Shown here one piece after another: positions 17,336 to 27,372 of a stretch of DNA of 64,000 nucleotides. The DNA lies in the sequence record MG655267.1; one strand, written 5' to 3'. The translations under genes and the position numbers were made by a program. Numbering within the stretch: the first letter of the stretch is position 1; every line of letters begins with the position of its first letter. Under the pieces are notes generated by a model, which was not told the DNA's origin, did not search any database, and was given only the letters and a program-made list of their open reading frames with translations.

Positions 17336-19447
17336 ATGAGTCATATTACCGAGGCAAGTGAACTCTCTGCAGAGTTGTTAGGCAGTGTGTTATGTTTGAA
17401 CCCAACCGTACATGGCGATAGCAGCCCACGTTCTGCTATGTTCGGAGGTCATGCAGGACAGGCCGTGACAATCGAGGGTAGCACGCCACGTATGTTAAAA
17501 ACCGGGATCGAGTATGAGTACGGTCAACGGACCTTCAAGATTGAAGCGCCGTGTCAGATGCTCGTGATCGGTGTGATTAACCGTTTCGTCACCAACCACG
17601 TTGGTACTGGGGGTGTGAAAGAGAACCCTGAGAAATATGTGATCTATCAGAACTTAAGTGTAAATACGCCTACACCGACGTTCGGCATTCTGTGTATTCC
17701 GACCTATCACACACGCAACCACGCATTAGGGTTTAAGTATGTGATGGACAAGAAAGCAATTAACCGTTTGTACAGTGTTGATGGTAAGGCGTATATCGAA
17801 AAGGGTGTGATCTTTGCCCGTTCCCCTAACTTGACCGAAGGTGGCGATTATAAGTACGGTCGTGAAACCAACGTAGCATTTATGTCATTACCGGAAGTCG
17901 AACAGGACGGAATGGTGGTAACAGAAAGCTTCGCACAAGCCATGGCCTGTACCAAGATCGAAAGCCGTATCGCACAGTGGGGCGATGATCAGGTGTTGTT
18001 GAACCTGTATGGCGACGATGAGAACTACAAAGCGTTTCCGGATATCGGCGATAAGATTCGTGAAGATGGGATGTTGTTTGCGGTACGTAAGATCATGCCA
18101 GGTACTGGCATTGTCAATCTGACCCCAAAAGCCCTTCGTACTTACGATCCGAACTTCGACTATCCGCAGTATGCTGAAGCCGGTGCCACGGTGGTGAACG
18201 TCCAGGTGAACTCGGACCGCATGCGTACAGGACGTACCGATGTGCAGTTCTATGATAAACAAGCTGAACGGTATGAACGTGCAGCGCGTGAGTTCTCCAA
18301 GTCTCTGCGTAAGATCTACGACGACCTCTATCGTACGTATGGTCATGGCATGATTCTGGAACCTGAACTCAACCGGATGGTGACGGATGCCATCTCGGAT
18401 ACCGGCGGTATGGATCGCAAGATGAATAATCAAGGACAGATTATCAGCGTGGACAAAGGCACACAGGTCTATAACAAAGTCCCGATTGGTGACTGGCGTG
18501 TGAAGATCACCTTTGTTAAACGGATTGAAGCCGGCGTGCGCTTTAAGATCACCGATACCCATGGCGGTAAAGGTGTTATCGTAAACGTGATTCCTGACGC
18601 AGATGCCCCGACCGATGATTACGGTAACCGGGCGGATGTGATCATGGATGATGTGTCGATTACCAAACGTATGAACCTGGGCAAGCCAACCGAGCAGTAT
18701 ATCAACGGTGCATCAGTATATGCAGCGAAGATTGCGCGCCAGATGGCAGCCAGCGGGGATCTGGATGGTGCCTGGAATCACCTCATGAGTTATTACCATG
18801 CAGCCGCGTATGAGCAATGGGAAATGATGCAATCACCAACGTACCTGGATAACAAACCAAATCGCGATCATCATGTGCGTTGGGTGTGTGATCATGGTAT
18901 TGAGTTGTTTGCACCAACTGACCGTCGCTACTTCGGGGCCGAGCAGGTACGGCGTATCATGAAGGAGCATGACTTCCCGGTTACACCCGTGACGTATCGT
19001 GCACCCGATGGGCGTATGGTCCGTACGCGTGATCCGGTGGTGATTGCACCGATCTATATCATCCTGCTGGAAAAGATGGGCGAATACTGGGCGTCGTGTG
19101 CGATTCCAAAACTCACACACTTCGGTACACTCTCATCCTTAACACAGGCGGATAAGTTTGCGTTACCGTGGCGTAACACCCCAACCCGTTTCGGTGAGTC
19201 TGAGTTGCGTCTGTTCTTAGCAGCGTGTCGTGGCTATTATGCGAACCGCCTGCAAAGCATGGCGAACACTCCGGCGATGCAGAAGGAAGCTGCATTGATG
19301 TTCTTGCGTCACGATACACCAATGAACATCCCGAACGTGATTGATGAAACGAAGACACCACTGGGGCGTGCACGTCCATTGCAGATGTATAAGCATAACC
19401 AGGGCTGTCGTGGTATTGAGTTTGAAACAACCGTGTTAAATAAATAA
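17336..19447 (+). CDS. Non-virion RNA polymerase beta C-terminal subunit (phiKZ gp71-73-like), uninterrupted
   Basis: The likely start MSHIT has RBS aaagga. Motifs include SSPRSAM, FKITDTHGGKGVI, RADVIMD and TRFGESE. Confidence 0.92.
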   Translation: MSHITEASELSAELLGSVLCLNPTVHGDSSPRSAMFGGHAGQAVTIEGSTPRMLKTGIEYEYGQRTFKIEAPCQMLVIGVINRFVTNHVGTGGVKENPEKYVIYQNLSVNTPTPTFGILCIPTYHTRNHALGFKYVMDKKAINRLYSVDGKAYIEKGVIFARSPNLTEGGDYKYGRETNVAFMSLPEVEQDGMVVTESFAQAMACTKIESRIAQWGDDQVLLNLYGDDENYKAFPDIGDKIREDGMLFAVRKIMPGTGIVNLTPKALRTYDPNFDYPQYAEAGATVVNVQVNSDRMRTGRTDVQFYDKQAERYERAAREFSKSLRKIYDDLYRTYGHGMILEPELNRMVTDAISDTGGMDRKMNNQGQIISVDKGTQVYNKVPIGDWRVKITFVKRIEAGVRFKITDTHGGKGVIVNVIPDADAPTDDYGNRADVIMDDVSITKRMNLGKPTEQYINGASVYAAKIARQMAASGDLDGAWNHLMSYYHAAAYEQWEMMQSPTYLDNKPNRDHHVRWVCDHGIELFAPTDRRYFGAEQVRRIMKEHDFPVTPVTYRAPDGRMVRTRDPVVIAPIYIILLEKMGEYWASCAIPKLTHFGTLSSLTQADKFALPWRNTPTRFGESELRLFLAACRGYYANRLQSMANTPAMQKEAALMFLRHDTPMNIPNVIDETKTPLGRARPLQMYKHNQGCRGIEFETTVLNK

Positions 19448-19457
19448 GGGGTGTGTG

Positions 19458-21425
19458 ATGCAAAGCTATCATTGGCGTGATCTGTTGTCGATGTCTGAGG
19501 AGCAGATTTGGCAACTTGATCCTGCAATCAACAACCCAATCATTGAAGTGGTGGCAGAGGATGCCACCTTCAAGATTCCTGCCCGACAGGTTATCGGTAG
19601 CTGGTATTGCTGGCCGTTTCAAAAGCTCTATCGCAACATGGTGTTGTGTAAGCGTCATTTCATCACAGCGTTTCGTCTATCGAACAAAACCATCCTGGGG
19701 ATCATGACCAACGGTTATCGTGATTATGATGCGATGATGAACGGCACTATCTTAGATGTCGTGGCATTAAACAGCTTGATTGCGAAAACGGCGAACCGCA
19801 TTAACAATGCGTTTGTCACCAAGATCCCGGAGTATGTCACGACCTCGGGCATGAAGCAGTATATTGAAATCGTGGATGACCCTGAGTTTAAAGCGATTCG
19901 TGATGCAATGGAACCTAACCAGAACTCGATTCGTGATGGTTATGATGCGTCACTCAAACTGCTGATGGACCCGAAGAAGTATGTCGGTAATCAGGTGGCG
20001 GAGTATGTGAAGCAAGGATCAGCATCAGCAGGTCAGGCATTACAATGTCTGGTGGTGCGTGGTTATCTGACTGACCATAACTCGCGTATCTTTGTTAAGC
20101 CGGTCATGGGTAACTATGTCGAAGGGTTGGGTAAGTTCTACGACTCGTTCGTGGAGTCACGCTCAGCAACCAAAGCGGCGTTGTTTACCAAGAAACCCCT
20201 GGAAGACTCCGAATGGTTTAACCGTAAAATGCAGCTGGTTGCACAAGCGGTGCAGAAGATCCATCTGGGGGAAGATTGTGGGTCGACGATAACAGTGCCT
20301 ATTGTTATGCGTCGTGGCTGGGCAAGTGCGATGGCCGGTACGTATTATCTGGATGATGATGGATCGTACAAAATGATCACGGAAGAGGACAAGCATCTGG
20401 AGAACCGGTTACTCAATATCCGCTCTCCGATGTATTGTAATCATCCTGACCGTACCGGTATCTGTGAGCGGTGTTATGGGAAGTTAGCGGTATCCATTCC
20501 GTACTTCAATGTCGAAGGGAAAGTTGGGGATAACCAGGTGATCGTGGGGCACGTCAGTGCAACAGAAATCGGTGAGGATCTCTCACAGAAGATGCTGTCA
20601 ACCAAACACCTGGATACGTCCTCGACGGTAGATCCGTTTGCTATTCGTCGTGCCGATGCGTTGTATGTGAAGCCAGGCTTGCGTGAAAACGCCATTCGCC
20701 TGAATCCACGTCTGCGTAATGAAAAGGTCACGATGAAGGTATCTTTCGACAAAACTACCGCATTATCTGATATCGCAGTTGCCGAAAACTTAGATGAAGT
20801 AGCAACGCGTGTTTCCGGTTTCAATGAGATCGTGCTGGAGTTTGAGCGTGAAGATGGGGGTAAAGAGTCTATCCCAATCAACACCACCCAGGGTTCTCGT
20901 CAGGGTCAATTCACTGTCGACTTCCTGCGTTACTTGCAGCGCGTAAGCTGGACGAGTGCGGACAAAGATTATATCTCTATCCGTCTGGATCAATTTGAAT
21001 ATGATTGCGATGTGGTTGAATTGCCGTTGGTGCATGAAGACATGATGGCGTATCAGAAGCAGATTGAATCCTACATCCGTTTCAGCAAGGAATCAGCGAA
21101 CTGGAAAAACAAGTTTGTCACGCCGGATGAAGTGGGTGTGGTGCTGGATGAGTTCTTCTCGTTACTGCGTCAGCGTTTGGGTGTGAACATTGTTCATGCA
21201 CAGATCATGCTGTATTCAGTGATGACCATGGACCCAGCCAAAGGCGACTATCGTCTTCCGCGGGCGTATGAACCACGGCAGTTCTCTTCCTATCACGAAT
21301 GTATCGAGTACCGTTCTCTCTCGGTCCAGCTCGTGTATCAGGAACAGGCTGCGGTGATGCTGAAGCCGTCCACTTTCCTCAATGACAAACGACAACCGCA
21401 CCCGATGGATGAAATCTTCAAATAA
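19458..21425 (+). CDS. Non-virion RNA polymerase beta' C-terminal subunit (phiKZ gp74-like)
   Basis: Motifs QCLVVRG, EDCGS, RSPMYC...CERCYG and QKMLSTKH correspond to beta' regions F-H. Confidence 0.92.
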   Translation: MQSYHWRDLLSMSEEQIWQLDPAINNPIIEVVAEDATFKIPARQVIGSWYCWPFQKLYRNMVLCKRHFITAFRLSNKTILGIMTNGYRDYDAMMNGTILDVVALNSLIAKTANRINNAFVTKIPEYVTTSGMKQYIEIVDDPEFKAIRDAMEPNQNSIRDGYDASLKLLMDPKKYVGNQVAEYVKQGSASAGQALQCLVVRGYLTDHNSRIFVKPVMGNYVEGLGKFYDSFVESRSATKAALFTKKPLEDSEWFNRKMQLVAQAVQKIHLGEDCGSTITVPIVMRRGWASAMAGTYYLDDDGSYKMITEEDKHLENRLLNIRSPMYCNHPDRTGICERCYGKLAVSIPYFNVEGKVGDNQVIVGHVSATEIGEDLSQKMLSTKHLDTSSTVDPFAIRRADALYVKPGLRENAIRLNPRLRNEKVTMKVSFDKTTALSDIAVAENLDEVATRVSGFNEIVLEFEREDGGKESIPINTTQGSRQGQFTVDFLRYLQRVSWTSADKDYISIRLDQFEYDCDVVELPLVHEDMMAYQKQIESYIRFSKESANWKNKFVTPDEVGVVLDEFFSLLRQRLGVNIVHAQIMLYSVMTMDPAKGDYRLPRAYEPRQFSSYHECIEYRSLSVQLVYQEQAAVMLKPSTFLNDKRQPHPMDEIFK

Positions 21426-21433
21426 GTAAGAGG

Positions 21434-22987
21434 TTGGCGATGCGCAATACTGCGACAATCACTATCAATAGTCACGGCTTTACAGTCTCTGATTATAATA
21501 GTGAGTTCTACGAGAAGTTGAAGTTGTATTGCGCTCGTTTTGTCAAAACAAAAATGGTCTCTAAGGTCGTCCATGGACGGAGGATCTTGGCTAAAGAAAA
21601 TGACCGTGTTTTTGCGAGCGCTCTAAGCAACCGTCGAGAGATCCGCTTTCACATCAACTGCTATGAAGAGTTCAAACGTCATATGCAGCAGTGGGGATAT
21701 AATGTCTCCCGCTTTAAGGAAGTGCGAACACCAATTCCAGAAGGCAAAGATGCTAACTTCGAATTCAAGTTCGAAGGTGTGCAGCCCCGTGAGCATCAAG
21801 TGGAATGGTTGGAGTACCAGTTAAATAAAGACCAGGGTGAAGTCACCACAAAGATCAATACCTTGCAAACCGGTAAGGGAAAGAGCTTCTGCGGTATTTA
21901 CAACATGGTCAAGCTGGGAAAAGTAACGGTCATTGTCATCATGCCAAAATACATCAATACGTGGATTGTGGCGCTGAATGACTTTGTCAAGTTAGGTGAG
22001 AAAGATATCATGGTGGTGCAAGGCTCGGGTGAACTCAACGGCTGCATGAAGTTGGCTGAAGAAGGTAAGCTTGAATCCCGCATCATTATCATCAGTCTCC
22101 CCACCTTCCAATATTACATGTCGGAGTATGAAGATAACAACGGCGTGATGACGCATTACAACTACACACCTGATCAATTCTGGGCGATGATCCAACCCGG
22201 GTTTCTCATTGTCGATGAAGGCCATGAGTCAATCCACGCGCTGTTCAAGTTCGACCTTTACACCCATGTCAAAAATAAACTGGTACTCTCGGCCACCCTT
22301 GAGGCGGATGACCAGTTTATTAACGACATGTACTTTGTCATCTACCCGAATAAAATCAGGTTCCGTGGCGGCGAGTATGATAAGTACATCGAAGCGATTG
22401 CCTTGATGTATGGACTGGTGAGTAATAAGAAGGTCAAGACCAAAGGCTTCGGCGGGACGTATAACCACGTCAAGTTTGAGCAAAGCATCATGAAAGACAA
22501 GCAGCTGTTGAAGACGTACCTTACGCTCATCAACAAAGTGTTCTCCTTCTTCTTTATTAAAGTGAAGGAACCCGAACAACGCTGCCTCATTTATTGTGCC
22601 ACGGTCGAGATGTGTTTGTACGTGACGGATTATCTGAGCAGTATTCATGATACCCTGATCGTGCGTAAGTATACCCAGGAAGACCCGAAAGAATCGTTGT
22701 ATGAATCTGACGTGAGTGTTTCGACACTGAAGTCAGCCGGTACCGGTGTGGATATCCCAGGACTCCGCACTTGCATCATGACGATCGCGATTGGGTCACG
22801 GCAAGCCAGTGATCAGGCATTGGGACGACTGCGGCGGTTGAAAGACTACCCGGACACCATCCCGACGTTTGTTTACTTCGCCTGCACGGGTATCGAAGCA
22901 CACATGAAATACCACAGCAAGAAACTCGAACTCTTCCCAGTGAAGACGTTGAGTCTGCGTGAGGTGAACAGCGGCTTCTCGTTATAA
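21434..22987 (+). CDS. SF2 (DExH) helicase, phiKZ gp75-like
   Basis: Walker A QTGKGKS, DEGH, SAT, motif V STLKSAGTGVDIPGL and motif VI QALGRLR. Confidence 0.92.
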   Translation: MAMRNTATITINSHGFTVSDYNSEFYEKLKLYCARFVKTKMVSKVVHGRRILAKENDRVFASALSNRREIRFHINCYEEFKRHMQQWGYNVSRFKEVRTPIPEGKDANFEFKFEGVQPREHQVEWLEYQLNKDQGEVTTKINTLQTGKGKSFCGIYNMVKLGKVTVIVIMPKYINTWIVALNDFVKLGEKDIMVVQGSGELNGCMKLAEEGKLESRIIIISLPTFQYYMSEYEDNNGVMTHYNYTPDQFWAMIQPGFLIVDEGHESIHALFKFDLYTHVKNKLVLSATLEADDQFINDMYFVIYPNKIRFRGGEYDKYIEAIALMYGLVSNKKVKTKGFGGTYNHVKFEQSIMKDKQLLKTYLTLINKVFSFFFIKVKEPEQRCLIYCATVEMCLYVTDYLSSIHDTLIVRKYTQEDPKESLYESDVSVSTLKSAGTGVDIPGLRTCIMTIAIGSRQASDQALGRLRRLKDYPDTIPTFVYFACTGIEAHMKYHSKKLELFPVKTLSLREVNSGFSL

Positions 22988-23000
22988 ACTGACTGTGTAA

Positions 23001-23034
23001 AAGACCAGGGGGCTTACTCCTTGGTCTTTTATGC
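23001..23034 (+). terminator. Hairpin + TTATGC element
   Basis: aagaccaggggg-ctta-ctccttggtctt then ttatgc. Confidence 0.65.
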
Positions 23035-23071
23035 TTTCTTTCCTTTTCTTTTTGTTAAGGATACACAGCTT

Positions 23072-23398
23072 ATGAATGGTAACCGGTCAGTAATGGTGAT
23101 TGGCGGCATGGGGTTGAGTCCTGCATTGATTGAGCGCTTACGACAGTTAGACGACCTGGAGATCAAATTGGTGGCCGATGTGGCAATCAGCGATATCCTG
23201 GAGTTTGAACCGGGTTATGCTCGCGGATTGGTTCAGGCGATTCAGCATCAGCAACAACGTGAGTGGAATCCCTTCCGGGAAAGCTACTGGGATAACTTCA
23301 TTACCCTGCGACGTAAAGAAGTCAACGGACATACCCGCATTCCTCCCAAGAAAGCCACCTGCAGCTCCCGTCGTAAGGGACGGAGGTTCAAGGGATGA
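23072..23398 (+). CDS. Hypothetical protein with basic C-terminal tail
   Basis: Start at 23072 (RBS aagga). Ends SRRKGRRFKG. Confidence 0.7.
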   Translation: MNGNRSVMVIGGMGLSPALIERLRQLDDLEIKLVADVAISDILEFEPGYARGLVQAIQHQQQREWNPFRESYWDNFITLRRKEVNGHTRIPPKKATCSSRRKGRRFKG

Positions 23399-23718
23399 GT
23401 GAGATCGATTATCGTGCATTGAAGTATTGTGTTACCAAGGTTAGTCGGCGTATCCGCGACGGGGATTCCCGTAACGCGTCACGTTGCCTCTTCCAGTATG
23501 TTGAGACGCACGCCGCATTACAAGACATGGCCGCCATTGATCGTCTTTTAGCACAGTGCCGAGAAAATAAGGTACCCCTAAAAGAGATCAACAAAGTCTC
23601 GTTACTGCGTGCATGCTCATGTTTACGCCCCCACCTTACAGAGTATCAGTCGTGCATGGACCTGTGGCGCCAGGACATTAAAGCGGCGGGTATGGAAAAC
23701 TTATTAATAGGATTGTGA
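23395..23718 (+). CDS. Hypothetical protein
   Basis: 107 aa, ATGA overlap with the previous gene. Confidence 0.7.
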   Translation: MSEIDYRALKYCVTKVSRRIRDGDSRNASRCLFQYVETHAALQDMAAIDRLLAQCRENKVPLKEINKVSLLRACSCLRPHLTEYQSCMDLWRQDIKAAGMENLLIGL

Positions 23719-23719
23719 T

Positions 23720-24082
23720 ATGTCTGATTATTGTGCGGATATCTTTAAAGCGATCAGTTGCAAAACCCCCACCAAAGGCAGTGAACTCTACATCGATGAT
23801 TTCGGTGATCTGTGGATGTTGATTCCCAAGCTTAACCGCTTCGGTGAGCAGTCAGTGTTTCGTCAGTATGCTGGTAACCTTGCGTTGATGGCTGACCGCG
23901 GGCAGATGTATCAGGGTCAGTTATATGTGTGTGAGTTGATCCCGGGATATCACTTGGTGTTAACCAACCAAGCCGTGATGGTCAACCAATACAGCCTGGT
24001 GCAGTATGTGAAGACCCGTGCTGCGAAAGTGGAAGCGCGCTACCGTAAGAAACCCAAGCCGATGAGCCGAGCTTACGCGTAA
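23720..24082 (+). CDS. Hypothetical protein
   Basis: 120 aa, closely coupled to the previous gene. Confidence 0.7.
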   Translation: MSDYCADIFKAISCKTPTKGSELYIDDFGDLWMLIPKLNRFGEQSVFRQYAGNLALMADRGQMYQGQLYVCELIPGYHLVLTNQAVMVNQYSLVQYVKTRAAKVEARYRKKPKPMSRAYA

Positions 24083-24112
24083 GCAACCTGATTGACAAGA
24101 AAGGATAGACCT

Positions 24113-24622
24113 ATGTTCGAATGGTTCTCTGTGTTATTGATGAAGTGGTTGACCCGAAAGGAAAAGAAACACAACAGGACAGTGCGGGTAGAACCGGTGG
24201 TGTTTGAACCGCAACTCAAACCCACCCCGCAGCCGTTGAGCAACGCGTTAAAAGAAGAAGCGCAGCAGATTCGGGATACCCTGCTGTTTGAGTCGCCGTT
24301 GAATAAATCCCGACCGATCCCGACCAAACCCACCTTACGGGTAGTAAGACCCAGTACAAGCTCCTCACGCCCACACGGTAAGGCGAACGATGACAGCATG
24401 CTAACACATGCCTTATTGATGCAGCAGGTGTTAGCAGACGATACAGCGCCGTCTGATCGTCATCATCGTACCCATGCCCCTCAGGATAACCACCGCCATG
24501 AAGACCGACCCTCGTACCATTCCACGCCCACTCATCATAGCAGCCCTGGTAGTAGTCGCGATGATGATAACGGGAGTAATGATTACAGTAGCGGACCTAG
24601 TGACAGCGGTTCGTCTGATTAA
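24113..24622 (+). CDS. Hypothetical protein with His/Ser/Asp low-complexity tail
   Basis: RBS aaagga. Hydrophobic N-terminus and a disordered tail ending SSGPSDSGSSD. Confidence 0.7.
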   Translation: MFEWFSVLLMKWLTRKEKKHNRTVRVEPVVFEPQLKPTPQPLSNALKEEAQQIRDTLLFESPLNKSRPIPTKPTLRVVRPSTSSSRPHGKANDDSMLTHALLMQQVLADDTAPSDRHHRTHAPQDNHRHEDRPSYHSTPTHHSSPGSSRDDDNGSNDYSSGPSDSGSSD

Positions 24623-24661
24623 CACCTTCGATTAACCTTACGTAATAAGGAACGCCTCACC

Positions 24662-24901
24662 ATGACAGATCCCCACCCCATTCTCGCCGCAGCCATCGGA
24701 GAGCCCCAGGATGACGATTACTGGGACTTTCCGGGCGAGACTGTTGTTGGTCACGGTGATCTGATGTACACCAATATCCATAAACCCCAAGCATTATGGA
24801 ACGGTGTTATTCGGTCACTGCAAAAACGTTTCCTTACCGAACCACCGAACACCCAAAAGGAACAGCATCATGTCGCACAAGAACCGCGCCCCTCAAATTA
24901 A
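24662..24901 (+). CDS. Hypothetical protein
   Basis: 79 aa, RBS aagga. Confidence 0.6.
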   Translation: MTDPHPILAAAIGEPQDDDYWDFPGETVVGHGDLMYTNIHKPQALWNGVIRSLQKRFLTEPPNTQKEQHHVAQEPRPSN

Positions 24902-25664
24902 GTTAACCGGCATCAGAGATGGCGAAAATGACGTCTATATCCCCGTGGCTGGATTAGGTATTGCTAATGCCGCTGGAATTACGTACGACCCCACCGCAAT
25001 TAGTAGTGCGCTGGATAAGCTTCGAACTGACAGGCGTTATTTCGATAATTTGCAAAGCCATCCGTATTATCAGCAGAACCTGTTTACGAAATACATTGGT
25101 CTGATACCTGATGACGCTGATTATCGCGGCACACCTGTTCAACGCCATCCGTTCATGCGTGAGATGGCATTGCGGTTTGGCATCGCGCTGGAATCAGTCA
25201 GACTCAACTCCCATCGTCAGACCGGTAAATCGAATTTCATGTACTACCGCATGGTGCAGTTCCACAACCATTATCTGCAGGAAATGACCGATATAAAGGC
25301 AAGCAAGCCGATCCCTATTGACCTTACCCGTTACCTGAAATTAATAACCGGTAAGGATTTCTGGGAGAAGCCTGGCGTGGGTGCATGGGGTAGTGAGTTT
25401 ACCGAACTCTATTTTCATAGACACCAGGCAGGTAGTGGTGGTAAGTCAATGTTCTACAACATGCTGCCGAGAATCAAACTGCATCTGGCTGGTATTCACG
25501 CAACTCTCGGTGGTCGACCGTGGATCTACCACAATGTTGTCAGTCGTGGTCCTGCAGGTTTCTGGCCAGCCACAATAGAGTACGGTATGGCAAGCAACGG
25601 CCCGGCTATGACTGCTCAGCTTAACCGTGAGCGTATGATCAGACCTAAGAAAGGGAGAGCATAA
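24870..25664 (+). CDS. Hypothetical protein with P-loop-like fragments
   Basis: Start at 24870 (RBS aaaagga). Contains RQTGKS and GSGGKS. Confidence 0.7.
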   Translation: MSHKNRAPQIKLTGIRDGENDVYIPVAGLGIANAAGITYDPTAISSALDKLRTDRRYFDNLQSHPYYQQNLFTKYIGLIPDDADYRGTPVQRHPFMREMALRFGIALESVRLNSHRQTGKSNFMYYRMVQFHNHYLQEMTDIKASKPIPIDLTRYLKLITGKDFWEKPGVGAWGSEFTELYFHRHQAGSGGKSMFYNMLPRIKLHLAGIHATLGGRPWIYHNVVSRGPAGFWPATIEYGMASNGPAMTAQLNRERMIRPKKGRA

Positions 25665-26566
25665 TGGCTTTAGATCAAGAGTATTACGAAAAGGCATTAG
25701 CGGTGCTCGCTTCCAAAGGTTTCCCTGATAAGGAAGCAGACGAAATTGCCACAACCCTTTCTGTCTATCTGCCTATGCGATTCATCAAGGCTGGTGAATG
25801 GGCGCTGTTGTCACAGGACGTGACACCCGTTAACTCGTTGGCGCTCAAGCACCTGGAGTTACTCGAAAGAATTCCTGAGTTAAAGAAGCCCATGATTCTT
25901 AAGATGCCGACCGATTTCACCTACACAACCTACGGTCAGGAGTATTGTCCAGGTGCCGATGCACCCGTATACAAAACTGGCCCTGATGGTTACACACATC
26001 ACCCGGTAGGCTGGGAAAGTGGAATTACTGGTGTGACGGGTATTTCTGGCGAGGATGGTGTTGAAATTGGCGGTGTTAAACCTGTACGTCATGATTTCAA
26101 ATACGCGTTACCACCCGAGCTCGGTTTACCGAAGGGTGTAACACCGGAACAAGCTAATTATCTGAAGCTTCATGACCTCAGTGATATCGAGGGGATCAAG
26201 CGGGCTTATCCAGATATAGATGAAGAGACTGCTCAAAGTCTGTCGGCTATGCAGCGTAAGATCGACCAACGTTTAGGGCGTGCACATCGTGAAACACGCA
26301 ACTCTGAAATGCTTGGTCAGCGGGCTCAGCAGCAGTATCGTGGTAGCTTGTTTGAGAAGTTCTTGATTGACGAACCGATCGGTGAACCTAAAGGCATGAC
26401 CGTCAAGATCATGACGCACTCCATTCGCAACTTCGGCCACGGGTTACAAATCAGCACACCGTTGTTTGGCCAGAGTCATAAATCTCCAACGGGCCCACAA
26501 ACTATGCCGGGTCTTGAAAAGGGACGTAATGGCCACGGCAAGCGTAAAAAGAAAGGTAAACGATGA
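25664..26566 (+). CDS. Hypothetical protein with basic tail
   Basis: 300 aa, TAATG overlap. Ends GHGKRKKKGKR. Confidence 0.75.
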   Translation: MALDQEYYEKALAVLASKGFPDKEADEIATTLSVYLPMRFIKAGEWALLSQDVTPVNSLALKHLELLERIPELKKPMILKMPTDFTYTTYGQEYCPGADAPVYKTGPDGYTHHPVGWESGITGVTGISGEDGVEIGGVKPVRHDFKYALPPELGLPKGVTPEQANYLKLHDLSDIEGIKRAYPDIDEETAQSLSAMQRKIDQRLGRAHRETRNSEMLGQRAQQQYRGSLFEKFLIDEPIGEPKGMTVKIMTHSIRNFGHGLQISTPLFGQSHKSPTGPQTMPGLEKGRNGHGKRKKKGKR

Positions 26567-27345
26567 TTAACGGTAACACTGAGGGGTCATGGGAATCCCT
26601 CCTTAAATGGCATTGGTTTGAAGAGCGGTCAGCCCGACGGGAGCCAATGCATTTCGTGGTTGTCGATTACGATACGGGTAGTGAAGCCAAGGCGTTTCAG
26701 CAGCTGACTGAACTGGCAGAGAAATTGGACTATGTCTCTGTTGAACGTATTGCGGCGGCTGACTTCACCCCTGCTCGTACCAGAGCGCTGAACGAGCGTG
26801 AAGGCGGGTGGCATTATTGTCATCTGATGGGGGAGTGTCGGTATGGCCGAGGTGGGATCATCATTGGTGAGGGTGGTGGTTGGACAGGCGCGCACGGTGG
26901 TGCCGGTGATGTCGGGATGGCTGCAACCCCTAATGATGGATCGATACTATACCAAACCGATTGCAATGATCCTGTGGTTGGCAGGCGTAAGTTTAAGACG
27001 GTGCGGGATGTCATGGAAAAGGCCAGTCCTTACGATTGGCCGGTAGAAATCTGTGTAGTGGGTAACCGGCGTGACCCAGAAGTCGTGGCATTATCCCAAG
27101 CTGTGTTCAAATCGGTGGGTAGTCGCAATATCAAAGTCACTGCCAAAACCCATCAGGAAATGATGTTTAACCAGCGCACACACCAGGTGGTTAATATCAC
27201 GCCGGCGAAGTATCAAGCGGAGTTTGAAGCGGCTTACCAGGAAGCTTACATCAACGCTAACACGGTCTCGACCATGCCGGTACGCCTTGGCCCACGTGGA
27301 CCGTTGCATTCGGTCTTGGCAACCCAACGCAAGAAACACTTTTAA
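26563..27345 (+). CDS. Hypothetical protein
   Basis: 260 aa, ATGA overlap, Gly-rich central patch. Confidence 0.75.
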   Translation: MINGNTEGSWESLLKWHWFEERSARREPMHFVVVDYDTGSEAKAFQQLTELAEKLDYVSVERIAAADFTPARTRALNEREGGWHYCHLMGECRYGRGGIIIGEGGGWTGAHGGAGDVGMAATPNDGSILYQTDCNDPVVGRRKFKTVRDVMEKASPYDWPVEICVVGNRRDPEVVALSQAVFKSVGSRNIKVTAKTHQEMMFNQRTHQVVNITPAKYQAEFEAAYQEAYINANTVSTMPVRLGPRGPLHSVLATQRKKHF

Positions 27346-27372
27346 TCAGTTCCCCTCAACAGGAGAGTAACC

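Noticed and set aside
26005-26080. Collagen-like G-X-Y run (GITGVTGISGEDG) in 25664-26566
   Set aside because: Only 4-5 triplets, too short for a triple helix.
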